The translations under genes and the position numbers were made by a program. DNA of 64,000 bases. It comes from Nitrospirota bacterium (GTDB taxonomy: Bacteria; JACPQY01). This document shows positions 37,335 to 48,500 of this stretch, piece by piece. How positions within the stretch are numbered: the first letter of the stretch is position 1; every line of letters begins with the position of its first letter. The stretch lies in the NCBI GenBank assembly GCA_016180645.1, contig JACPAV010000015.1, positions 1-64,000 on the forward strand. The letters run 5' to 3'. The notes beneath the pieces were generated by a model. The model made no database searches. It was given only the letters and a program-made list of their open reading frames with translations, and had not been told where the DNA came from.

Positions 37335-37715
37335 GTTCGGAGTCCAACACCGGTTGGACGCATGCTCAAGCCTCGCTTACGATCAGGTACGCACGGAGGG
37401 CAGAGGCACACGCTGGGTGTGTGCGTAGACTGGGAGGGATGAGCGTAGTGGTGTCAAGTGACCCCGGCGGCCGGCAGGAGGCCGAAATCGTTGACCCTTC
37501 AAGGTTGCGCCCCCAACCCGATGGTTTCTATCACCCCGGGGAACGCTGCTCCGGGAGATACGGTAGATCGACGGATCCTCGAGCGAACTCGGAAGATGCT
37601 ACGCTCGCCAATCGGCCGCTGGTGTTACCGGAGGGCCACGGATGGCTGCGCAGGGTGACCGCTGATGGCTGAATGCTTACCTCCAGTGTACGCCCACCCC
37701 GGGGGTTTCATGCCC

Positions 37716-40700
37716 TCACTTGTTGGCGGTCCGCAGCCCGTAGACCCTGGCCCAGCGCGTGAGCAGATTGCGGTCCACCTTGAGTGACCGCGCGGCGGCG
37801 CTGATGTTGCCGCCGGACTCGCGCAGCGCCTCCTCGATGAGGTGTTTACGCAGTTCCAGCTCCGCCTCCCGCAATGACTGTCCTTCCTTTCGCTGCACGG
37901 CGGGCGCTCCCGCAAAGAGATCCTCGTTGTCGCGAAGACTCTCGATGCCGATGGTGTCCCCGTCCGACAGGGCATACGCGTTCTGGATTGCGTTCTCCAA
38001 CTCCCGCACGTTGCCGGGCCAATGGTGGCGGGTCAGGAGGCGGAGAGCCGCCTCGGAGACTTCCTTGGGCGGCCTGCCGTCGCGTCGGGCGATCTCGGAG
38101 AGGAAATGCCGGGCGAGCTGCGGGATGTCCTCGCGCCTCTCCCTCAACGGCGGGATGGAGACCCGGAACACCCGCAGGCGGTAGTACAAATCTTCCCTGA
38201 ACTTTTTCAGCCGGATCATCTCTTTCAGGTCCAGGTTGGTTGCGGCGATGAGACGGACGTCCACCTTGATTTCTCTCGAATCCCCGACGCGCCGGATCGA
38301 TCCCTCCTGAACCGCCCGTAGGAGTTTGGGCTGCAAGGGCGGGGGAAGGTCTCCAATCTCGTCCAGGAAGAGCGTTCCACCGTCAGCCGCTTCGAACAAC
38401 CCCGGCCGTTCCCGATCCGCCCCCGTGAACGCCCCCTTGGCGTGGCCGAAGAGTTCGGATTCAAACAGATCGTGCGGCACTGCGGCGCAGTTCACGGGCA
38501 CGAAGGCCCGCTGTTTCCGGATCGAGTTGAAATGGACGGCCCGGGCGACAAGCTCCTTGCCCGTGCCGCTTTCCCCGAAAATGAGAACGGGCAGACTGCT
38601 TTCGACCGCCCGGTCGACCATCGGGAGAATCCGCCTCATGGCGGGACTCGATCCCACGATCCGGTCATATGGATACCTGGGTTTTTCCTGCCGGACCAGG
38701 AATTCCACTCGCTGCTGGGTGGCCTCCAGTTCCTTTTCCTGGTGGGCGACCTTCTCCCGGAGTGACCTGTTCGATTCCTCGAGTTCCGCGTTCAATTGTT
38801 CGATCCTCTCCTTGGCCTGCCTCAATTCCCGCATGACCCGACGAATCTCCCGCTGGTCCTTCACGGTCTGTGCAATGAGTTGTGCCTTGTAGAGGGCCAC
38901 GGCGGCCAGATCGGTCAATGCCTGGAGGGCGGGAAGATGGTGTTCGCCGAAACGACCGGACTGCAGCCGGCTGTCCAGATAAAGCGCGCCTACCGCTTCC
39001 CCCCTCAGCAAGAGGGGAACGCACATCACGGAGCGAAGCTGGAGTTGGTGAACGCTATGCGATTCCTTGAAGCGGGGATCGCTCATGGCATCCAAGGTGA
39101 TGACCGGCTTCCCCGCTTCCAGGGTTTCCTCGGCCACGGTTTGACTGAAGCTGTCGATGGTTCCGGAGTCGCCCCCGGGTTCATCAGTCCGCGCCACGCG
39201 CACGGTCAATGCCTTTCCTTGCTTCTGGAGCAGGAAACCCCGCTCGGCCCCGGTAAACGCCACCAGGGAACTGACGATTTCGGATAGAACGTCCTGAACA
39301 TCAACAGCCGAATTGATCTTCCGGGCGATGGCCAGCCACGCCAGACCCTCCGGATTCCGCGGAGGCACGGCCGGGGGCGGCGTCCACGCCTCCGTCGCGC
39401 TCATCCCGTCATCGGCGGAACAGGCGCTACCCTGTTCGGGTCGCGTTACGGTGGATGCCGGAGGCGGAAGCTGGGAGAGGAGCGACAGTACTTTTCTTTT
39501 CAGGCTGAAGTCCACCTCCACCTGACTTTGCATCCTGCTCAGGGCCGCCTCGACGCACTTGCGCGCTTCGGCCGGTTTCTTCCCCCGAAGAAGAAGTCCC
39601 CTGACGTAGAAGCACCACACCTCGACGTGGGGGTTGTTTTTTCCCTCCAGGGCCTTCTCGCATTTCTCCACTTCAATGGCCGCGAGTTCCGGCGCGTCCC
39701 GGCCCACCCCGATTTCGATCCTTCTCAGCCTGGCGAGCAGGATGTCCTCTTGGGCGCCCACTTTCCGGAAGAGGGCTTCCGCCTGCTCGGACTCCCTCAG
39801 CGCGTCGTCCACGGTCCCGGCGCGGAGGTGGCACTCCGCAAGCTGCAACCGAGCTTTGCCCTCGATGTGCGTCATCGCGAGATCCCGGGCGAGACGCACC
39901 GTCTCGTCCATGACGTCCCGGGCTTGATTCAGATCGTCGTTCACCAGGTGGAGCGCGCCCAGGTTGAATAGTGTCCGAGCCTCCGTGGCCCTGTCGGAAA
40001 TCTTTCGAAACGTCGCGATGGCTTTCTCGTAGTTCTGTGCCGCAAGGTCCATCTTTTCCTCACGAAAATGCGCCAGGGCAAGGTTGGAGTGGGCCAGGCC
40101 CATGGTTCGCAGATCGCCGATCTCGCGGCTGATGGCGGAGCATGATTGCAGGCACGCCAGGGCCTCGGTGAGGTTTCCCCGGCAGATGTGAGCGGCCCCG
40201 AGGGAGTTGAGGGAGAGGGCATGACGGGCCGGCCGACCCGTTCTTTCGGTCTCGGCGCAGTTCTGTTCAAAAAGCGGGATCGCCCGCTCGTAGTCGTGCT
40301 TGTAGAAGTGGACCTTGGCCATGACGTGTCGAAAAGCGATGACCTCGTCCAGGCCGCATGGACGCCCTCCCGAGAGGTAAGGTTGGGCGATCTGCGCGGC
40401 TCCCTCATAGTCGGCCTGTTCGAGGAGAACGTCCGCCAAGAGGGCGTCAAGCGAGGGCTCTTCCGGCGATCCGCGGCCGACGAGGAGTTTGGCTGCGCGG
40501 ATCGCTTCCGAGGCCTCGCTCAGGCGACCTCCGTAGCGGTACGCCTGCGCCAGCAGCGTCTTGACGTCCACACGTTGCGCCGTCTCACCCGTCCCCGTCA
40601 CGAGCGTCTTCAGTATTTGGATGGCCTTGGGGAAATCCGCAACCCGGAGGTATGCCTCGCCCAGAAGACGGTGGTAGGCCCGGTTGCGCGCGGGAGGGAG

Positions 40701-43010
40701 ACCGGCCGCGGACTCGATATGAGTTTCCAGGAAAGGGAGGATTCTCTCGGCTTGGTTCAGTCGCAGGACCGTGCGCAACTCCTGTTCGGCCAGAGCGAAA
40801 CCTTGAAGAGGATCCCCGCCGCGGAAAAACGCATCAGCCGTTTCGAGAACCGAGCCTGTTTCCCCGCCCTGCATCTTTTCGGCCAGGCGACGATGCATAG
40901 ACCGTCGAACCTCGACGGGAACCTCCCGAAGAACGGTCTCCCGTCTCGGTTCGTTTGCCGGCCGCAAACCCAGGAGGCCGGCCCGTATCCATCCCTGTTC
41001 CTGGAGTCGGCGCAATGCAAATCCGAGTCCCGGACTCAGACTCGGATCCACCTCTGCAATCTCCCGTGCTCCCAGTTCCTTGGGACTGAGCGACAGCCAC
41101 TCCAGGACCCTCCGTTCCGGAAGGGCCGGATCCGGAAGCAATTCCCGGTAGCGAGCCGGCAGATCCCGCGCGGACAAGAAATCGCTCGGGGAAAGGTTTT
41201 CGATTTGCGCATCGACGTTCTCGCCGGGCTGAAACACCCGGCCGACGAGAAGCCGCAGCCGTTCCACCACCAGCCCGGGGACACCATCGGATTGCTCATG
41301 GAACGCGCGAACGATTCGGGCCGGGATCGCGTCGAGAGCCAGAAGGTTTTGCAGGACCCGGCCGACCTCCTCGCTCGTCCATGGACGGAGTTCCACCCAC
41401 CCGTCGGGCGGCAATTCCGAAGGGATTTCGCTTCGGGTTCGGACGGTCAGGACGGCAAACAGCTTGTGCCGTCCAGCCGCGCCGACGCCCTGCGTCTCGG
41501 GAAAGCGGTGCCGCGCACAGTACGCAAGAAGATCCAGGAGTCCTGCGCGGTCCAGCGCATCGTCGAGCAGGAGGACGACCGGACGACACGCCAGGATGAC
41601 GGCGAGGACCTCGGCGAGCTTTTCCCTTGTGCGGATCTGCTCGGCCATGGGGCCCCCATCCAGGGGTTCCGGGTCGCGGGCGTGGGCAAATCGGCTAGGC
41701 AGGATGCTCTTGAGAAAGGGCAGGTGGGGATCCAACAGCTTCTCATCCTCGGCGAGGATCAGGCGATCGAAGAGTTCCGGGACCCCGTCGCCCGGACGGC
41801 AGAGGTCGACGACTTGATGGTCCCTCACTTGGACCCGCCTCTTGAATTCCAGCAAGACGGCCGTTTTCCCGAAATCACGATCTCCCACCATGGCGATGGT
41901 GCGGACCTCCTTGTCGTTTTCCAAGAACTCATCAAAGAGACGCTCCAGTTCCGCAAGCTCCGCCTGGCGGCCGAGCAGGACTGCGCCGGCCAGATCGGGC
42001 AACCGCAGTCGCCCCGGTTCCAACGGATGGTCGGAACCCAGCCTCTTGTTGATGCGCCGGATGGCGTGGTTGGCCGAATGAAAACGGTTCTGAGGGTGGG
42101 GCTGAAGGAGAGTCGTCAAGATCTCTCGAAAGTCCGCCGGGGTGCCATCGGGGAAATCGTCCGCCGGCGGAGCTTTCCATTCGAGCGAGCTCTTGACCTC
42201 CTTTTGAAGCGACCCGCCGGAGGGTGGGCGCCAGGAAGAGCGCCCGTACTCGCAACCTGTTGACGCGGCCGGGAGGGCCGCATTGGGGGGCGAGTACGTG
42301 ATGGACCTGCCTTTTCCACCGCCTCGAACAGCCTCCCAGAAAAACATGCCAAGGGAAAAGAGATCGGCACGGCCGTCAACGGCGTCGCCCCAGACGACCT
42401 CGGGGGCGACGTAAGGGAACGTGCCCGATACGACCCCCTTCTCGCGATAACGGCCGATTTCGGAAGCGATCCCGAAATCCAGGATCCGAACCTGAAGCTC
42501 TTCGGGCCCCCGGCCAAGGTCATGCACGAGCACGTTGGACGGCTTGATGTCCAAATGAATGACGCCGTTCTGATGGAGATATTCCAGTCCTCGAAGGAGC
42601 TGGACCAATACTTGCCGGCGCTCGTCCCAGGAGGCGTTCCGAACATAGCGGCCCGCGTCCTCTCCCCGCGCCAGTTCCTGAACGAGGTAATGCCGGCCGC
42701 TCGGCTCATCGACAAGGAGATCGAAGACTTTCACGAGGCTGGGATGGTTCAGGCGCGAAAGAAATCTCAACTCGTGCCTGAACGTGACGTCGCCTCCTTC
42801 CAACCACTTCTCGGAAAACTCCTTGACGGCAACCTCCGTCTTGAGAACACGGTCGTAGGCTTGGTAGACCCTCCCTGTCTGGCCTTCCCCAAGGAGTTCC
42901 AGAATCTCCAACCGACCAAGAACCACCCTGCCGGAGTCCACAGCGGGCACATTGTAGCCCAAAAGGCAGTTTTCCACTACCCGAACGGAATATCGGATAC
43001 TTGGTGACAA
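37716..43010 (-). CDS. Ser/Thr kinase-ATPase-TPR-GAF-sigma54 activator-Fis HTH fusion
   Basis: HLDIKPSN, DFG, APE; GRQAEL and GKT; TPRs; GAF; GESGTGKE, GAFTGA, WPGNVREL; start uncertain. Confidence 0.92.
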   Translation of the reverse strand: MSPSIRYSVRVVENCLLGYNVPAVDSGRVVLGRLEILELLGEGQTGRVYQAYDRVLKTEVAVKEFSEKWLEGGDVTFRHELRFLSRLNHPSLVKVFDLLVDEPSGRHYLVQELARGEDAGRYVRNASWDERRQVLVQLLRGLEYLHQNGVIHLDIKPSNVLVHDLGRGPEELQVRILDFGIASEIGRYREKGVVSGTFPYVAPEVVWGDAVDGRADLFSLGMFFWEAVRGGGKGRSITYSPPNAALPAASTGCEYGRSSWRPPSGGSLQKEVKSSLEWKAPPADDFPDGTPADFREILTTLLQPHPQNRFHSANHAIRRINKRLGSDHPLEPGRLRLPDLAGAVLLGRQAELAELERLFDEFLENDKEVRTIAMVGDRDFGKTAVLLEFKRRVQVRDHQVVDLCRPGDGVPELFDRLILAEDEKLLDPHLPFLKSILPSRFAHARDPEPLDGGPMAEQIRTREKLAEVLAVILACRPVVLLLDDALDRAGLLDLLAYCARHRFPETQGVGAAGRHKLFAVLTVRTRSEIPSELPPDGWVELRPWTSEEVGRVLQNLLALDAIPARIVRAFHEQSDGVPGLVVERLRLLVGRVFQPGENVDAQIENLSPSDFLSARDLPARYRELLPDPALPERRVLEWLSLSPKELGAREIAEVDPSLSPGLGFALRRLQEQGWIRAGLLGLRPANEPRRETVLREVPVEVRRSMHRRLAEKMQGGETGSVLETADAFFRGGDPLQGFALAEQELRTVLRLNQAERILPFLETHIESAAGLPPARNRAYHRLLGEAYLRVADFPKAIQILKTLVTGTGETAQRVDVKTLLAQAYRYGGRLSEASEAIRAAKLLVGRGSPEEPSLDALLADVLLEQADYEGAAQIAQPYLSGGRPCGLDEVIAFRHVMAKVHFYKHDYERAIPLFEQNCAETERTGRPARHALSLNSLGAAHICRGNLTEALACLQSCSAISREIGDLRTMGLAHSNLALAHFREEKMDLAAQNYEKAIATFRKISDRATEARTLFNLGALHLVNDDLNQARDVMDETVRLARDLAMTHIEGKARLQLAECHLRAGTVDDALRESEQAEALFRKVGAQEDILLARLRRIEIGVGRDAPELAAIEVEKCEKALEGKNNPHVEVWCFYVRGLLLRGKKPAEARKCVEAALSRMQSQVEVDFSLKRKVLSLLSQLPPPASTVTRPEQGSACSADDGMSATEAWTPPPAVPPRNPEGLAWLAIARKINSAVDVQDVLSEIVSSLVAFTGAERGFLLQKQGKALTVRVARTDEPGGDSGTIDSFSQTVAEETLEAGKPVITLDAMSDPRFKESHSVHQLQLRSVMCVPLLLRGEAVGALYLDSRLQSGRFGEHHLPALQALTDLAAVALYKAQLIAQTVKDQREIRRVMRELRQAKERIEQLNAELEESNRSLREKVAHQEKELEATQQRVEFLVRQEKPRYPYDRIVGSSPAMRRILPMVDRAVESSLPVLIFGESGTGKELVARAVHFNSIRKQRAFVPVNCAAVPHDLFESELFGHAKGAFTGADRERPGLFEAADGGTLFLDEIGDLPPPLQPKLLRAVQEGSIRRVGDSREIKVDVRLIAATNLDLKEMIRLKKFREDLYYRLRVFRVSIPPLRERREDIPQLARHFLSEIARRDGRPPKEVSEAALRLLTRHHWPGNVRELENAIQNAYALSDGDTIGIESLRDNEDLFAGAPAVQRKEGQSLREAELELRKHLIEEALRESGGNISAAARSLKVDRNLLTRWARVYGLRTANK

Positions 43011-43151
43011 GAGTCACAATTCACGAAATTCTGCTGCTACTGAATACTGCTGCTCCGATACTAAACGCAGCATCATTACCAGTCAAGCCTGTGGCGTGTT
43101 AGGAATCTTGTTGTATATTAGACTGTTACGCTGAACAATCAAATATTGGGT

Positions 43152-43168
43152 CTGGCCTTTCCCTTGCT
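43152..43168 (+). promoter_or_regulatory. Sigma54 (-24/-12) promoter
   Basis: CTGGCCTTTCCCTTGCT with exact GG-N10-GC spacing in an AT-rich intergenic region. Confidence 0.7.
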
Positions 43169-43204
43169 CTTGCTATGCTTGTGACCGGAAAGGAGGAGAA
43201 GAAA

Positions 43205-44890
43205 ATGACCCATAAAGTTGCACATATTCGTGCTGTTTCGGTTTTGGTTGGGGGCATGGTTTTCCTTCCACAAATTCTTCTCGGCTATGAGCAAAACCAA
43301 GTGATGTTCCCGGAGCGACCGAACGCCCCTTTCATCTCGAATGAAATCATTGTGAAGTACAAACCCCACGCCAAGTCGGATCCCAAGTCGAAAAAAATCT
43401 TTCATGGAAGGGGAACTCCCGGAAACCTGGCCGACATCCGTCGAGTCGAGGTCCCGAAGGGGAAAAACGTCGAGACCTTTGTCGAGGAGCAAAGGATGAA
43501 TCCCGACGTGGAATACGCCGAGATGAATTACGTTCTGGAGATTTCCGGGACCCTGGGGACGGCAGCCGTTCCAAACGACCCCCTCTATTCGCAGCAGTGG
43601 GCCCTCCCGAAAATCCAGGCTCCCCAGGCTTGGGATCTGGAAACGGGAAAACCGCGGGTCGTCGTCGCGGTGGTGGACACGGGGGTGGACTACCGCCACC
43701 CGGATCTGTCCGCGAACATCTGGACCAACGAGAAGGAGATTCCGGAGAACGGCATGGATGACGATGGAAACGGGTTTGTCGATGACTATTGCGGCTACGA
43801 TTTTGTGAGCATCGATCCTCGCGTGGTCTACCCAGGAGAGGATGCCGGTCCGCGTGACAACGATCCCATGGATGTTCATGGCCATGGCACCCATGTGTCG
43901 GGAATTGTAGGGGCGGTTCCCAACAACGCAATCGGAATATCAGGAGTGAATTGGGGTTCGAGAATCATGGCCTTGCGCGCCGGATTCAAGAATATGTGGG
44001 GCGGAGGAAGTTTGCTCGCTTCGGATATAGCAGCGGCTATGGTCTATGCCGCGGATAACGGCGCAAAGGTGATCAACATGAGCTGGGGTGCGTATGGGCT
44101 TTCAAAGCTTCTAACGGATGCTATCAACTATGCCCATGATTCGGGAGTGGTTCTGGTAGCTGCCGCCGGCAACTATAATCGGAGCGATAAATTCTATCCC
44201 GCGGCTTTCCCCAACGTGATCGCCGTTTCGGCAACGGATCCCAGTGATAACAAAGCTTACTTTTCCAATTATGGAGATTGGATAGAACTGGCCGCCCCCG
44301 GTACTTACATTTATAGTACGCTGCCGGGGGGCCGCTATGCGGCGTGGAGCGGGACCAGCATGGCTGCTCCCTTCGTCGCAGGGCTGGCGGGGTTGGTTCT
44401 ATCGCAAACGCCAGGTTATACGAACGAGGAAGTCAGACAAGTCCTGGCCGACGGCGCGGATGATTTGGGCGCGCCCGGTCGAGATCCTTACTTCGGTTTC
44501 GGAAGGATCAACGTCTTCAACTCCCTCAGGATCGTCCCGGTCACTCCCATCTTGATCGACATCAAGCCGGGAAGTTTTCCCAATTCCATCAACCTGCGAA
44601 GCTCAGGCGTTATCCCCGTGGCCATTCCGAGCACGGAGGAATTCCAAGCGGCCTCGGTGGATGTTGAAACGGTCCGTTTCGGTCCCGCGGGCGCCGGGAT
44701 GGACCATTCGGCTTTTGAAGACGTAGACCAAGACGGCGACCTCGACCTCGTCCTGCATTTCAGAACGCAGGAGACGGGACTGGAGCCCGGTGACACACAA
44801 GCGGCCTTGACCGGCAAGACCCTCAAGGAACATGGCAGCCGGCCCATCGTGGGTGTCGATTCGGTCCGAATCGTGCCCGTCACGAGGTAG
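43205..44890 (+). CDS. Secreted subtilisin-like S8 protease with C-terminal extension
   Basis: Signal peptide, prodomain, triad VDTG / HGTH / GTSMAAP; AGGAG RBS; C-terminal IDIKPG...DVDQDGDLD domain. Confidence 0.93.
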   Translation: MTHKVAHIRAVSVLVGGMVFLPQILLGYEQNQVMFPERPNAPFISNEIIVKYKPHAKSDPKSKKIFHGRGTPGNLADIRRVEVPKGKNVETFVEEQRMNPDVEYAEMNYVLEISGTLGTAAVPNDPLYSQQWALPKIQAPQAWDLETGKPRVVVAVVDTGVDYRHPDLSANIWTNEKEIPENGMDDDGNGFVDDYCGYDFVSIDPRVVYPGEDAGPRDNDPMDVHGHGTHVSGIVGAVPNNAIGISGVNWGSRIMALRAGFKNMWGGGSLLASDIAAAMVYAADNGAKVINMSWGAYGLSKLLTDAINYAHDSGVVLVAAAGNYNRSDKFYPAAFPNVIAVSATDPSDNKAYFSNYGDWIELAAPGTYIYSTLPGGRYAAWSGTSMAAPFVAGLAGLVLSQTPGYTNEEVRQVLADGADDLGAPGRDPYFGFGRINVFNSLRIVPVTPILIDIKPGSFPNSINLRSSGVIPVAIPSTEEFQAASVDVETVRFGPAGAGMDHSAFEDVDQDGDLDLVLHFRTQETGLEPGDTQAALTGKTLKEHGSRPIVGVDSVRIVPVTR

Positions 44891-44891
44891 C

Positions 44892-45359
44892 ATGGTCGCG
44901 CAAGAGGGAAGCCATGCACTCGTTGCCAAGGTCGGTCGGCGGATTACCCTGGCCCGCAAACAGACCGGGCTTACGCAGGAACGTCTCGCGGAGCGGGCCG
45001 GGATCACGCAACAGATGCTGGGCCGGACCGAGAAGGCACGCCACCCGGGCGTCTCCCTCGCGACGATATTCCGGATCGCGTCCGGTCTGGGGTGGACCGT
45101 GGCCGATCTCCTCGATGTGGCGGCGCCCGAGCCGGTTCTATGTCCCTGCCGAACCCGTTTCCTGGGTTCGATGGAGGCAATCGACCTGAAACTTCGGCGG
45201 TTGCCGCCGCTCGACAGGCGACGGACGGAAAAGATCCTGCACGAGATCGTGACTCATGTCGTTCGGGCCAAGCCGGATATTCGACCCGGAATGCTGGGTC
45301 ACCTTTCAGCCGCCTGCCGACAAACCTCGCGCACAAGCCGGACAATGAATGAAGACTGA
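44892..45359 (+). CDS. XRE/Cro-type HTH regulator
   Basis: ARKQTGLTQERLAERAGITQQMLGRTEK. Confidence 0.8.
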   Translation: MVAQEGSHALVAKVGRRITLARKQTGLTQERLAERAGITQQMLGRTEKARHPGVSLATIFRIASGLGWTVADLLDVAAPEPVLCPCRTRFLGSMEAIDLKLRRLPPLDRRRTEKILHEIVTHVVRAKPDIRPGMLGHLSAACRQTSRTSRTMNED

Positions 45360-45538
45360 ATCGGTGCACAATGGTAACCCTTACGCCTTATAGGTTGTTG
45401 ACCGACCGTTTGGATTGGGCAAGCATGGATCAACAATTAGTGTCACTTGTGCCACGGGGCTTCGACAGGGGAATGAAAACGAAAAGGGAGGATGGATGTG
45501 TCGGTTCTTGCTTTCCCGCGAGGCCATCGGGTAACCCC

Positions 45539-48500
45539 ATGACTCGCCTGTCCCTGCCTCGATCCTGGATCCGATCTCTCCGGCTTTCTCTCCCTTTTTA
45601 CCTTTTACTTTTGACTTTTTCCTTGCCTCTGGCCGCCTGCTATCGCAAAACCAAGCACACGGAGTCGAACAAGATCCCGTCCGACAGTCTCCCACTCGAC
45701 GTATCTCTCCCGCTGTCCACCGAGGTGGCCGCGGCCCTCAACGGCGTGGCCGATCAGGATGAGCTCGTTGTGGATGTCCTGGTGAACGACGAACTCGTGG
45801 CGGAGGGCGTTCGCGGCGGCATCCGCGCGGGGGTTCGCGCCTCGGAGCAGTCGGGTGTTCGGGGAGGAATACGCGCCTCCCAAGCGGGAGGTGTTCGCGG
45901 GGGTGTGCGCGGCGGCGTGCGAGGCGCGGGAGGAACCGAACCCATACCCGGCGCTCCCGCGCGTGAACCCGTAAATCGTGACCCCGTGAACCAGATCGGA
46001 ACTTCTGGCTCACGGGGTCACGGGATCACGGGATCACGGAAGCAGGCGAGCGAGAGCGAGCTTGCGTTTGCGTTCGAGGTAACCTCCTTCCTGCCCAGGA
46101 AGTCCGCCCGGGACGGAGAGAACAACTTCCACACGCGAGTGCGTCCCGGCCGGCATCCCGACGTGTCTCTCGTCGAAGTTAAAACAACCGTCAAAATGTC
46201 TGTCCCTTCTTCTGTAGCGGCCGGTTTTACACCGGACGGATCTTCCACCGGCGACGGGCGACCGACGACCGACGACTTTGAGTTCGAAATAGAGATCGAA
46301 GACACCGACATCGACCTTTCCGAGGTGGACCTTCCCGATCTCGACGGCAACGGGATCGCCACGATCACCGAGGTTGCCGCTCTCATTGGAAGCGAGGCCG
46401 TAGGGGCGGGCTTGCCCGCCCGTTCGTTGGATGACGCCATCGCCATCGCCTCGGATGCCACCAGCACGCAGAAGCCCACGCAGGAGCAGGCGCAGGCGGC
46501 CTTCCAATCTCTCGCCGCCAAGCTGGAGAAAAAAGTCGTCGCGGACTTCAAAGCCGCAGGGGTCACGCCTCCGGCCGAGGTCAAGATCGAGATCAAGGAA
46601 ATCGATCTGACGCCGCCGGAGACGACGGTCGACGGTCGACGGACGACGGTCGACGGTTCTTGGACCTTCACCTTCACGTGCAATGAAACATTCTGCACGT
46701 TCCGTTGCTCTGTGGACGGGGCCGAGTTTGCGCCGTGTTCCTCTCCGGTCACCCTGAGTTGCGCCGCGGTAGTCGCGGGCTTCACGCCTGCGCGTCCCGT
46801 ACCGGTAGCCGCAGGCTTTAGCCTGCGTCCGAAAGACGCACCCGTAAAGGGTGCGCCTACCTCGTGTACACCTGGCGAACATGAGCTCGCCGTCTTCGCC
46901 CTCGACGCCCTCGGCAACCGCGACACGACCCCCGCCGAGATCACATTCACCGTTCTCCCCTCCTGCATCCCCTCCGCCGAAATCTGCGACGGCCTCGACA
47001 ACGACTGCGATCAATTGGTCGATGAAGACTGGGTAGCCGCACCCTTTACGGGTGCGTCTTCAGACGCAGGCATAAAGCCTGCGGCTACCGTTGCTTCGCT
47101 CGGCCAATCCTGCACCGTGGGCGTCGGCGCCTGCCAGACCACGGGCGCGTTTATCTGCAAGTCGGACGGGACGGGGACGGTTTGCGATGCCGTGGCCGGT
47201 TCGCCTTCCGCCGAGATCTGCGACGGCAAGGACAACGACTGCGACGGGAAAACCGATGAAGACATCCCTTCCGCCTCGTGCTCAACCGGCTCCCCGGGAA
47301 TCTGTAGCGCAGGCCTTCAGGCCTGCGTGAACGGTTCCCTCACCTGCGCCCAACGCCTATCGCCCATCGCCGAAATCTGCGACGGCCTCGACAACGACTG
47401 CGACGGCCAGACGGACGAGGACTTCGTAGCGTCCGGTTTTACACCGGACGGTCCCTTGGGCCAGACTTGCTCGACCGGCGTGGGTGAGTGCGCGAGGGCG
47501 GGCACGTTCGTGTGCAAGGCGGATGGCACGGGGACATCGTGCAATACGGTCGCCGGATCGCCTGCCGCCGAGACCTGCGACTCAAAGGACAACGATTGCG
47601 ACGGTTTGACGGACGAAAACTTCGTGTGCGATACAACCGCGCCCACCTTCTCCGGCCTCACCTCCGCCACCGCCATCTCCGCCTCCCAGATCAACCTCTC
47701 CTGGACCGCCGCGTCCGACGCCGTGAGTCCCGCGTCCTCCCTGATCTACGACATCTGCCAGACCACCACCTCCGGCGGTTGCTCCGCGTTCACGCCTACC
47801 TACACCACTGCCGCGGGAGCCACTTCCTATTCGCCAGGAACTCTGTCACCAGGAACCAGGTACTTCTATGTTGTTCGGGCAAGAGATGAGGTGGGAAATG
47901 CAGATACGAACAACATAGAACGGTCGGCCCGCACGTGGTCCACCATCGGCGTGGCCCAAGCCGTCACCACCCACCTCGGCTATCACACCTGCTCGCTCCA
48001 ATCCGATGGAACGGTGAAATGCTGGGGGCTCAATGACTTCGGTCAGCTCGGGGATGGAACGACGGTGAACAAGTCCACGCCCGTTGCCGTCAGCACGCTC
48101 TCGGGCGCCATCGCCGTCGCGGGAGGGACCAGCCACACTTGCTCGCTTCTTTCAAATGGTACAGTAGCGTGCTGGGGGAACAATGGTGATGGCCGGCTTG
48201 GGGACGGGACGGTCGTCAATAAATCCACGCCGGTTATGGTCAGCACGCTGACGAATGCCGTGGCCGTCGCGGTAGGGGGCGGCCACAATTGTTCGCTCCA
48301 TTCGGACGGCACGGCCAAGTGCTGGGGGTACAACCGCAACAATATCGCGACCGGAACCGGCCAGCTTGGAGATGGGACAACGACCGATAAGTCCACCCCG
48401 GTGGCCGTGAGTTCCTTGTCGAACGGCGTGGCCGTCGCGGCAGGGACCTATCACACGTGTTTCCTTCTTTCGGACGGTGCGGTCCGGTGTTGCGGGGACA

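Noticed and set aside
37335-37715. Possible structured RNA or small ORFs in this intergenic region
   Set aside because: Only weak GC-rich stems; no convincing promoter-terminator pair or recognisable protein.
40146-42263. 705-aa plus-strand ORF
   Set aside because: Antisense shadow of the kinase-activator gene.
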